A DNA stretch of 64,000 nucleotides from Eubacteriales bacterium (lineage in GTDB: Bacteria; Bacillota; Clostridia; Christensenellales; UBA1242), in assembly GCA_018384735.1 (NCBI GenBank), contig JAHAXB010000016.1, forward strand, positions 131,510 through 195,509, read 5' to 3'. The first letter of the stretch is position 1, and every line of letters begins with the position of its first letter. The position numbers were made by a program, and so were the translations under genes. This document shows positions 27,725-38,100 of the stretch, piece by piece. The notes below the pieces were generated by a model, which saw only the letters and a program-made list of their open reading frames with translations, made no database searches and was not told where the DNA came from.

Positions 27725-29302
27725 TTACGCAAGGGTAACACGATTTTGAGAATCAATTACCATACTACCCCGCCCTTCAACACTGTACGCATCAAAGGTA
27801 ATTTCATTTTTAGCACTGGTCGTGTCTTCCTTGTTCTTACTCACATTTAATTTAGCCACACGGTATTTTTGGGCACAGTTTGCAAAGCGCGCATTGAAAA
27901 CATAGACATCAAAGTTGTTACAAGCATCACCAACACTAACCTCAATATTACCGATTTCGTCATGTCCCGCCAAATAAGCGCCCGAAGTAATCTTCGCCGT
28001 ACCGACTTTATTGAATTGCGCTTTAATATTCGCGAAAGCCGCGCGGTCATGCCCGCCAAGAACTTCCAAGGTCACGTTACCGCCGTTAATACCGGTAACA
28101 TTGATATTACCGTCGTAACCTAAGACATCAACCTTGTGACCACTGGCGCCATCAGCCATATCCACATTAATCGCACCACCATTGATTTCCTTACTAATGA
28201 TATCAACCGAGCCATTTACACCACTCAACGAAATTTCGCCCACGCCGTAGTTGCGCACCTTGGTGGCACCCGCCAACTTACCCACATGTAACCGAGCCGT
28301 TGCGTTGGGCGTATCCGCGGTTCCCGCATTAAATGTTAAATCACCTTTAATACTGCCTGCGTCTAAGTCACCAGAAACGGTATCCATCTTCACTGTTCCG
28401 CTAACTTCTTCCACATCGACCGAAACTCTCGAGGTGTTGACCTCCAAAGTACCAATAGTGCCGCTCATGTGTAAATTACCATTCTTGGCATCTAACTTAA
28501 CCTGATTAGCACTGGTGCCATTGAAACGGTTATTTTCGCCTGTAATAGTAACATTGCCGGTAATTCCCGTCTGGTCCGAACCAAAATCCAAAGTGTTATT
28601 GGTACCTTTGACGAGGACATTGCCGACTTGAGCCTGGCAAGAAAATTTAGTATGGTTGACACTTTCGGCAATCACGACATCATCCACCGAACTGTCCTTA
28701 GCGTATGGGATGGTCACACTGGCCGCGCTTTCCACGATTAAGTCATCAATCAACAATTTATCCGTATTGGTTTCGGTGTCATTAACATAGGAGAAATTAA
28801 CCGGACTATATTTATTTTGCAAAATAAAATCATATTTAAAATTATCGTCACGGTGCGGCAAGTTAATGTAAACCGTGGTTGGCTGATTACTGAAAACCAT
28901 GCCCGATGGTTCCAAAATTTTAATCCGATAAAACAGTTCCTTATCTTCACCGTACAAGGTTTTGGTCCATTGAATTAAGGTACGGTTCAAACTGTTAAAA
29001 GCAATTCCCGTCGCCGATTCATTCACCACAATGGTACCGTTACCTTCGTAACTGGCGCTGGAAACTTTGACTTCAATATTGGTACCATTACTTTCTAAAA
29101 TAAACTTACCATTGGCAAAAGCGTCCGCCAAGTCTTCGTCCAAGTAAACGATTTGTGTATCACGTTCATTGACCGCCTTAGCGCCGAAAATCGAAACATT
29201 AGGAAACATAAATAAAACACCGGTTAAAATTCCCAAAACTACGGCCGACCCCAACAAGATGAACCCCAACACCGCAATAAAATTTAACGCCTGTTTTTTC
29301 AC
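27725..29302 (-). CDS. Membrane-anchored beta-helix repeat protein (DUF4097/LiaG-like putative adhesin), 525 aa
   Basis: GTG start and N-terminal TM (MKKQALNFIAVLGFILLGSAVVLGILTGVLFMF). The C-terminal half is built of short G/N/V/D-rich strand repeats (GTVKMDTVSGDLDAGSIKGDLTFNAG, ISLSGVNGSVDIISKEINGGAINVDMADG) typical of DUF4097-type proteins. The family assignment is from memory only. Confidence 0.55.
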   Translation of the reverse strand: MKKQALNFIAVLGFILLGSAVVLGILTGVLFMFPNVSIFGAKAVNERDTQIVYLDEDLADAFANGKFILESNGTNIEVKVSSASYEGNGTIVVNESATGIAFNSLNRTLIQWTKTLYGEDKELFYRIKILEPSGMVFSNQPTTVYINLPHRDDNFKYDFILQNKYSPVNFSYVNDTETNTDKLLIDDLIVESAASVTIPYAKDSSVDDVVIAESVNHTKFSCQAQVGNVLVKGTNNTLDFGSDQTGITGNVTITGENNRFNGTSANQVKLDAKNGNLHMSGTIGTLEVNTSRVSVDVEEVSGTVKMDTVSGDLDAGSIKGDLTFNAGTADTPNATARLHVGKLAGATKVRNYGVGEISLSGVNGSVDIISKEINGGAINVDMADGASGHKVDVLGYDGNINVTGINGGNVTLEVLGGHDRAAFANIKAQFNKVGTAKITSGAYLAGHDEIGNIEVSVGDACNNFDVYVFNARFANCAQKYRVAKLNVSKNKEDTTSAKNEITFDAYSVEGRGSMVIDSQNRVTLA

Positions 29303-29311
29303 GTTTCAAGT

Positions 29312-29704
29312 TTAACGCCTGTTACGGAAAAAATCCACTAAAATGTTTTGCGCCTCCGCGTTCGGCTGCAACTCCACCGGCGTTTGCCAATTCAAATTCG
29401 TTGTCGACCTAGCACCAATGTAAACCTTACGCAAACGCGCATTCAAAATCGCCCCCATGCACATTTGACATGGTTCCAAAGTCACGTACATTTCGCAATC
29501 ACTCAAACGCCAAGATTTCAACTTACGGCAAGCCCGATTTAACGCCACGATTTCCGCGTGCCACAGGCAATTTTGTTTACGTTCGCGTTGGTTATAACCC
29601 TTGGCAATTATTTTACCATCACGCACAATCACACAACCGATTGGCACTTCCCCACGGCGGGCAGCTTTGCGCGCCTGCTCAACCGCCACTTGCATATAAT
29701 CCAT
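29312..29704 (-). CDS. tadA: tRNA adenosine(34) deaminase
   Basis: CDA-fold motifs GEVPIGCVIV, WHAEIVAL and TLEPCQMCMGAI. Start ATG 29702-29704 overlaps the upstream stop as TAATG. Confidence 0.9.
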   Translation of the reverse strand: MDYMQVAVEQARKAARRGEVPIGCVIVRDGKIIAKGYNQRERKQNCLWHAEIVALNRACRKLKSWRLSDCEMYVTLEPCQMCMGAILNARLRKVYIGARSTTNLNWQTPVELQPNAEAQNILVDFFRNRR

Positions 29705-30780
29705 TACCAAGTCCCCCACACGAAGGATAGGATGGTCAGCGCACTGCCCATGACAACCACCATCGCCAGCAAAGCCCGTTCCAACGGTTTGGAGCGTTGC
29801 GGTTGGTCAAAAGTTTCGATGTAAGCCGCGGTTGCTTTCCAAGTTGGCAAGGTCTGCAAAGCACGTGGCAAGGCCGCTTTCAAACGGTCAAAGTCCTCCA
29901 CGTTAAAATGGTTTTGTGACGACAAATAACGCACCGTGTAACTGTCTAAATTACGTTTGAATTTGTCGCGTGCCATCGCGCGAATGATTTCACCAATCAC
30001 AATGAACACCACTAAGATGGTCAACAACAGTACCACAATGTTACCGAACATAAAGGACACTAAATTAGCACCCGGCAAGTGCAACTCTTCTGCGTAACCA
30101 AAATAGGTCGCCAGCGCGTTGTTCGTAAAATGGATAATTACACTGCCCCATAGAGAACCAGTTGCCAAAACCGTCACGCCCATAAACCACCCCAAAATGG
30201 AAGCATAAAAGAATTGTCCCGCATTCATGTGCATCAAACCGAACAATAAGCTTGACCACAACAAAGCCCGACGCACCCCAAACTGTTTCAGGAAGCCGTG
30301 CATCAGCACACCACGGTGCAAAAACTCTTCACAAATACCGGGCAAAACTGCGGTTAAAATCAACGCAATTAACAAACCGGGATAGCCGTGGAAAACATTG
30401 TCATTGGCGTTGAATTGATAACCCAAAGACTGCAACAACGCAGCAAAGATACTGGCCACAAAAATGTTCAATAAATAAATGCAAATTCCCACCACGAAGC
30501 ATAACACGACATTTTTCGCGGACAACCTACGCCACCCCACGAACTCATTTACGGCTTTGATTGATACGGGTTCGTGAGTAATTTTTTGTGCTCCCAACAT
30601 CATTAACAGCGGCACACCCAACATAATGACAATTTGTGGCAACACGCTGCCCACCACTTCTAACGCTTCGTCCGACAGGTTATCAAAGCAGCCCAGCGAA
30701 AACAATGCCTGCAATAACATCAGCAACGCAATGGCGGTTCCGTAAACAATTAAAGTCACTAAATAACGCTTATTTTTCAT
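29704..30780 (-). CDS. CPBP-family (CAAX/Abi) intramembrane metalloprotease, 358 aa
   Basis: Polytopic membrane protein with EEFLHRG, FGLMH and HFTNN motifs (EExxxR / FxxxH / HxxxN). Confidence 0.8.
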   Translation of the reverse strand: MKNKRYLVTLIVYGTAIALLMLLQALFSLGCFDNLSDEALEVVGSVLPQIVIMLGVPLLMMLGAQKITHEPVSIKAVNEFVGWRRLSAKNVVLCFVVGICIYLLNIFVASIFAALLQSLGYQFNANDNVFHGYPGLLIALILTAVLPGICEEFLHRGVLMHGFLKQFGVRRALLWSSLLFGLMHMNAGQFFYASILGWFMGVTVLATGSLWGSVIIHFTNNALATYFGYAEELHLPGANLVSFMFGNIVVLLLTILVVFIVIGEIIRAMARDKFKRNLDSYTVRYLSSQNHFNVEDFDRLKAALPRALQTLPTWKATAAYIETFDQPQRSKPLERALLAMVVVMGSALTILSFVWGTW

Positions 30781-31345
30781 AATTTGGGATTCCTTTTTTA
30801 ATGAGCCAAAACACTGCTACCGTGGTTGCGACGGCTAACCCCATTGACAGGATAACCGTTCCTGCGCTTAATGTAAACACGCTATCGCCCTCTCCGACAA
30901 AATATGTATATGTAACAATGATGGCGTTATTGATGACATGAATTAACATCGTCCAACCAATTTGGCGGGTCTTAATGAAAATCCACGCTAACCAAACTCC
31001 CATTATAAATTGGTAAACTAATTGCGACCAAGATAAATGGTAAACCGCAAAAATCACCGCGCTAATCACAATTACTGCCCAATCCGGCAGCTTGGTCAAC
31101 TGCAACAACTTACAACTGCACAAACGGAAAATCAATTCTTCCAAGACCGGCACGAGCAACGCCGTAACCAAAAAAGTTAACCAAAATTCATGTGCGAACA
31201 AATCCATGGTTTTACGCGTTTCCAGCCCCCAGCGAATGAACAATTCGGCACACAAATTTTGAAACATCATGTAGCCAAACAAGCACGCCAGCGCGGTAAC
31301 CACGCTAACAATTGCAATGCGTAAATTGTCCTTAACTTTTGGCAT
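30770..31345 (-). CDS. CPBP-family intramembrane metalloprotease, 191 aa
   Basis: Membrane protein with LEELIFRL, FAVYH and HVINN motifs. 11-nt overlap with the next CPBP gene. Confidence 0.75.
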   Translation of the reverse strand: MPKVKDNLRIAIVSVVTALACLFGYMMFQNLCAELFIRWGLETRKTMDLFAHEFWLTFLVTALLVPVLEELIFRLCSCKLLQLTKLPDWAVIVISAVIFAVYHLSWSQLVYQFIMGVWLAWIFIKTRQIGWTMLIHVINNAIIVTYTYFVGEGDSVFTLSAGTVILSMGLAVATTVAVFWLIKKGIPNYEK

Positions 31346-31366
31346 GATATCTAGTATATTATTAAA

Positions 31367-32155
31367 GTGTTAAAAATCCAAACATTAAGTAGCGGTAGCG
31401 CTGGCAATATTACCTACATCGGCAGTTCTAACACCGGCATCTTGGTTGACGTCGGCCTATCCTTGTCGATGACCTTAAAGTTAATGGCACAGGCCAACAT
31501 TGACCCGCACTCTATCACCGCTTTAGTCATTACGCACGAACACAGCGACCACATTAAAGGTGCTGCTGATTTCGTAACTAAATATAACGTGCCGGTTTAC
31601 ATCTACAATCGTTATGCAAAAACTTTGCGCGGCTGTTTGAAGTTACCCCCGCACCACTTCGTCGAAACTGAAAGTACCTTTACGATTGGCGACATTACAG
31701 TCAGTTGCTTCCCTGTTTCCCACGACAGTAAGTTCTGTCTAGGTTACACGTTTCAATGTGGCAACGCCGCGGTTGGTATCGCCACCGACATTGGTCAAAT
31801 GACCGACATTATTCTTGCCAACTTGGCACGCTGTCAGGTGGTAGTTTTGGAGAGCAATCACGACATCCAAAAATTGAACGCCAACAAAGATTACCCCGAC
31901 TGGTTAAAGCGCCGTATTCTTGGTAACCGTGGACATTTGTCCAACATTGACTGCGGACGTGCGATCTCCAAATTATACCAAGCCCATGTTTCGCAAGTTA
32001 TCCTCGGACATCTCAGCGAAAAGAACAATACCCCACTGCTCGCCTACGAAACCGTCAAGCAGTTCCTCGCCACCCAAGGCATCACCGAAGGCAAAGACAT
32101 TTACATCGATGTCGCCCTGCAAAGCAAAATCGGCAACTGCTACTGCTTAGAATAA
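31367..32155 (+). CDS. MBL-fold metallo-hydrolase (YycJ/WalJ-like)
   Basis: GTG start. N-terminus LSSGSAGNITYIGSSNTGILVDVGLS and the HEHSDH metal-binding motif. Confidence 0.8.
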   Translation: MLKIQTLSSGSAGNITYIGSSNTGILVDVGLSLSMTLKLMAQANIDPHSITALVITHEHSDHIKGAADFVTKYNVPVYIYNRYAKTLRGCLKLPPHHFVETESTFTIGDITVSCFPVSHDSKFCLGYTFQCGNAAVGIATDIGQMTDIILANLARCQVVVLESNHDIQKLNANKDYPDWLKRRILGNRGHLSNIDCGRAISKLYQAHVSQVILGHLSEKNNTPLLAYETVKQFLATQGITEGKDIYIDVALQSKIGNCYCLE

Positions 32156-32165
32156 TTTATTTTTT

Positions 32166-35100
32166 TTATTTGGTGGTCATGCGATGGCGCAAACGGATGA
32201 ATAACAGAACGCCGATACCAACCAGTGCTAAGACCACGATCAAGACCACATAACCAAAGGTACTTTGTTTAGGTGCAATCGTCCAACTGTCGCTATAAAC
32301 CACCACACCTTCAGCATTACGGGCAATGACACAGTAACTACCCGCTTCCGAGAAATTAAACAACTCAGCCGTACCAACGTTATCATCTTTCAAACTGGCG
32401 GCAGACAAGATAATTGTTTCCTTTTCTTCACAATCCTTTTCCAAAGTAATGGTCATATCGCCTTGCGTTTTGTACAACCAATATGGGTTATAATAAACCG
32501 TTATGGCGCTAGTCGTGCTGGAACCGCTGGCCGAGCTGGAGAAGAAATAAGTACCAGCACTGTTATCTTTGTGTTGGATGTTAAAGGCCACATCGTGCAA
32601 CACATATTCGTGCGTTATTGGATTTTTGGTTTGTAATGTTACAACATAATTTCCCGGGTTCGTGTTCGCTTCAAATGATAAGTAGCGGTTACCTTTATCG
32701 TCTTTTTTCTCGTAGGTACTGTAATCAGGAACATCGTATCCGTTAAGTGTCAATTTGCTTACCGCAACATCGGAATTATACGAGATATGGAATTCCTCGC
32801 GCACCGCTTTAGACGGAATAATTTCAAAAGTATAACGTCCCTCAAGCTCGCTGGAAAGTTCGCCGGCACCATAAATATAATACTTTACGGTAAGATTATA
32901 GACACCACTTTGCGTCCACGAGAAAACCGATTGTTTACTGTTTGGTTCAATTGAAGTTAACGGATCACCATTGTAAGACACATCAATTTTTCTGACACAG
33001 AAATATTGTTCAAAGAAATCCTCTTCGCTGGTACTTACATCGGCAACCTTCTTTTCAACCAAAGATGCGTAATATTTTTTCAAGAAACTTTCCTTACCGT
33101 AATCGTCTAGCTTCAAATCCACGCGGTCGTTGTAAATCATGTTATTAAATGGTTGTTCCCCGTTAATGGTCACCACTGGTTTGGTCATGACAGCTAAAGT
33201 GTAATGGTCTTGACGGTAATCAATCGTCTTTTCGTTGGTTCCTTCACCAAAATACAAAGTGTTACCAACCATATCGTGAACCACAAATTCATAATAACCA
33301 GAGTTGCCTTGTTCAATAGTAAAGACTTCATTATAATTCAAAGTTTTAACCAATTTACCATTATAGTAACAATCCACCACAATCAAGTTACCTTTCTCGA
33401 TGTAACAAGGAGCCCCGAAATCATCGGTCAAAGTATCGGCATAAAGCATACTAACCGTCAATTTGCGACCTTCGTCTTTGGTTGTAAAGAAATTGTTGTA
33501 AACGATATCATAAGTCGTGGTCGCTGGTTTAACCTTATAGCCTTCCGCGGTATCCGCCGGTTCCTTCGGGTTATCATTCAATTGTAAACTGATTATAGGT
33601 AAGTCGCTGTTTTCGTTGGCGGTATTCAAATCTTCCACCCTGACCCCCGTTGTAGCGAAATAAATGGGATTACTGTAAATTGGAGCACCGTAACGATCTG
33701 TGCCAATATCAAACGCCAAACGCCAAATCAAAGTGTTATTATCCACATCATACGCATAGTAATCAGTTTTCTTGTTACCATTGAGGTAATATCCAGCCAA
33801 TACACGTCCCGTTTGTCCAAGTTGAACATCCAAACCATGCAATTTATTCTCCAAAGTATATTCGCTAAGAGCGTCGTACTGTCCTTCTTGGTTTTTCTCA
33901 ATGGTAAAGATATAATGGGTAATATTATTGTTATCGTAACGATACGGGCTACCCTCAACCGCCTGCAACAATTCGCCATCGTCATAAACCGAAACCAAAG
34001 TATTATCAACCTGAACAATTTCAAATTTATAGGTCTTGGTCGTCCAAACAGTGTTGCGCAAAGTCACCTCATAGGAACCGACCTTAGAGAAACGAGCCGT
34101 CGTCGTTCCACGTTTGAAAGTTACCGATTCCACTTTACCATTCACCGTGCGGCGGTACGAAATCATCACCGGGAATGGATTAAGTAAACCATCACCTGTC
34201 TCTGTATTATCCAATTCCGCAACATTCAAAACAACAACGCTAGTGAAAGAACGGTTAGCAACCTCAATATTTTGACCACTTGCGTTTTGCCAATTTACTT
34301 CTGGTAAACGCGTATCAAAGGCAAATGTCTGGTCAAATAATTTGGCGCCACTGGCACGACCGTATGCCTCAATGCGGTACAATTGCAAAGTATTAGAGCC
34401 GGCGACTGGTTTGAAGCTATAACTTTCACGATCACCGGTAACAAATGGTTGCAAATCCCACCTCTTTTCATTGGTCGATGCATCATAAATCAGAACCGAA
34501 TATACGGTACGCAAGTAACTAAAATCAACACCGCGTTCATCACCGATATACAAGATACCATTTTCGTCTTTTACAAATTTACCATAGGTTTTAAAGTTAA
34601 TTGTGCTTTGCGCTTGTTGATGATATTCGGTAATACTGGTACGACCAAACGGGTCGACCACGGTAATAATCAATTCGTGTTTTTCGTTCGCGGGAATGAC
34701 CGAATCCGCTTTATTACGATCCAACGCGAAAGTAATGTTCGGCACAATTTCCCCGGTTGTCACGTCCTTAACTTCAATTTTATATAAGGAAGACAATTCA
34801 TCTTCAAACATAATCGGTGCATTTTTCAACAGCGATCCATGATTAACAACTTCCAAAGTGATAATCGAACTGGTGACGCTGAGTTGCTTGCATTCTAATT
34901 GAATTTGCTCCGTACTTTCCCGCAAGTTATAGAATTCGAATTTTTCCGGGGTACCAATGCGATCATACAAAGTGTATGAGCATTTTTTACCATTATCCGT
35001 GGCCAATTGAATCCAATGGTTCAATGCATCAATTAAGTTCGCTTCATTCTTGACGTCTTCCCCTTCTTCACCGGCAATTTTCCAATAAGACATTCCGCCC

Positions 35101-38100
35101 AAGACCATGTAATAATCGCCATCATCACTTTGGAAACGGAATGAGTTATTACGCGCGAAGAACTGTTTTACACTGGAAACCGAAGGATGCATGTCGACAC
35201 CGACCGTAATCGAATCTTTTTGTGCCGAATTTTCTTTGTTACCGGTTTCGCCGATAAATTCAATTTTGTTTTTGTAATTTTTACCTTGCATTTGGATGAC
35301 ATAGTTGGTTTCGTGACCGACATAGTCAATTTCGGTAATCCAATAGTAACGCATTTCGTTATCACGCAAGCCGACCAAGGTGGCAAACGGAATGCGTTCG
35401 CTATCCGTACCATCAACATACAAGGTAAATTCCTGACCGACCGTGGAGCCCTCCGCCGAGTAATCAACTTCACGATAAATGATTTTTTTGGTATCCAAAT
35501 AACGGTTATGGTTAATATCTGCCGCGAACACGAAATCATTACTTAAACCATAAATGTAATCGTCCGGAATTTTTGATTCTTTCAAGGTGCAAGCCAGGTT
35601 ATCCCCTGCTTTAATTTGGCTGCGGTTATAATTCGGTTTTTCGGTATCGAACAAAATGGTGTAATTGGTTGATTTGCCGTCATAAGCAATCACGCGCACC
35701 GACAAACTGGAACCATTATCGATACGAACATTGTTTAAGAAATTACGTAACAAATCATATTTATAAACCCCATCTTCGGATTCCGGTTGCGTCAAGAAAA
35801 TTTGTTCCGTCACTCCATCCGAGGTCCAGATCCAACTAGCGGTAGTTTGTGCCACATCAACATCAATGTACATACTATTCGGATCGCTCTTGAAATTAAA
35901 TTGCAATTTGGTTAAATTGGTGGGATCAATCACGCATACATAATTTCCCTTGCTTGCCAATTCCATATCGATATTTTCTTTGTCTTCGGACAAAATTTCG
36001 GTTTTTTCATTACCCGTCTGATCCTGATAAGTACGGGTATGGGTCACAGCAATTTTGGCCGGAGTACCGCAATCGGTATCAATATTCATGGTTAAAATAT
36101 CCCAGTTCGCACTGGTTGTCGCGCCCGGCTTAATGCCCAATTCGGTTATGTTACCGTCAATCAACATACAAGCGATATTACGCGCATCATCGGTCACTAA
36201 TAATTGGTAGATACTATCACCGGTGAAAGTTCCACCTAAGCCCCAAACATTCTTGCCCGAACCCAAATCGGTTTTAATTCCCGCATTGGTATAACTGAAA
36301 CGCGGTGTCAAGGCCGGGAAATTAAAATTGGTCTTTGGCGTTTCATTATTCGCCAGGTAAGCCAAGTAGTTAAAATTGCCCGACAAACCTTCATCGTTGT
36401 CAATCTTTAATACATATTCCGTGCTATCCCTGGTATACTTTTTGCCCGTAGCCTGGTCGGTATAACTATATGCATATTTACTGTTATAACCTTTGACCCA
36501 CGCAATACGATTACTGCTTAAAACTTTTTCGTTGTCATCAATCACTTTAGCGTCCGCGTCTTTAGCCTTCGGAGAACGGTCGGTTCGGCTATCCGCGAAG
36601 TGTACAGTCAACGGAGTTTCGTAACAAATTTTGTCTGGATTTTGTTGTTGGTATGCTTGATAAATCAAACCATTGGTGCCCTCGTCTTGCCTAAAGTAGG
36701 CGGTATCATTTTTTTGGTAAGTCAACATACCTTGGCCATCCACGATAAAGTAATAATCGCGACCTTTTTTATCCGTGGAATTAGCACCCAACTGTGTATA
36801 AACACGGGTTAAGATGTACATGCCCGCTGGCGTTTGTCCTTGATTAAATAAAGCCAAACGAATGGTTTTACCGTCATCACTGGAGGTATAACTGTAAATG
36901 GTACCTTTGGTCTCCCCGCCGGCGCCAAGATCTCCAACCTGGTACGCGAAAATCGCTTTATCACCATTTTTGGGATTGTTAAGTGGCTTTTCCGCAAAAG
37001 GATAATTACTGGATGTGGGATCAAAAGTTAACGGATAATATTGCAAATAAACTTTATTCACGCGATAAACTGCCGATGTCGATTGATTAAAAGAGAATGT
37101 TACATAAGGACGATTGGTCACACCACCGGTCATCGTCACAATTGATGTATCCGTACTTGGTTGCTTTTCAATCATACCACGACCTTTGTTATCACCTGAA
37201 GCAACAATATCCAAATGCATCGATTCCGCATAAACCGAACCTAAGCAAACATCACGCGTTAAGATAATGTAATATTCGCCCACGTTACCCAAAATATCGG
37301 TAGCGCGGAAGTAATATGTTTCTTCTTCATTCAAGGTTAAATATCCCTTAGTCAACGGATCGTTAACATGATCAAAGGCATCATCAGCCGCCGTAATTTT
37401 GTGGTAAGCTTCGCCACCGACACTAATTTCCACGTTCGCCAACGGAATATCCAACAAATATTGACTGCTATAATTTCCTTTATTGATTAAGTACCCTGCC
37501 GTCTTCAATCCGTCGAAAGCGGTGCCAAATTCCGCATATTCACGCTTTAAGCCGTTTTCAGCAGCAAACATTACTTTGTCAAAAACCGCGCCATCCTTAC
37601 GGTTAATCATTTTATTTTTACCAAAGCCAACCCGCACTCCGTCGTTACCAAAGGTCACCATGTTGGACGCAATTTTAGGTTTTTCGGTGTCTTGCGTAAA
37701 TGTGGGCGCGCTGCCATCAATCACCAAAATATACGGCGTTTCGTTACCTACCGCATCAACGATCACGAAGCGATATAAACCCGCTTGTGTCAGTTTCAAA
37801 GGATTGACACCATCTTCGGAAATCGTCCACCTCTTACCGTCCGCGGTCGGCACTACTTTATAACCGTCATGGCTGTAAATTGGTTCATCCGTGAATGCAT
37901 AAGCGCTATATAAATCTTTTAACACACCGTTTGATAAGGCATTGTTAAACCATTCGAAGTTAAGACTAGTTTTGGTTGAAGTATGATCACCAGCAGCCAC
38001 ATAGTTTGGGTCTGTACCAGGTTTTTCCAAATCCATACTGTAAAATTCGTACATGACTTTATCAAATCCGACACCACTGCTCTTTTTGTTCCATACCAAA

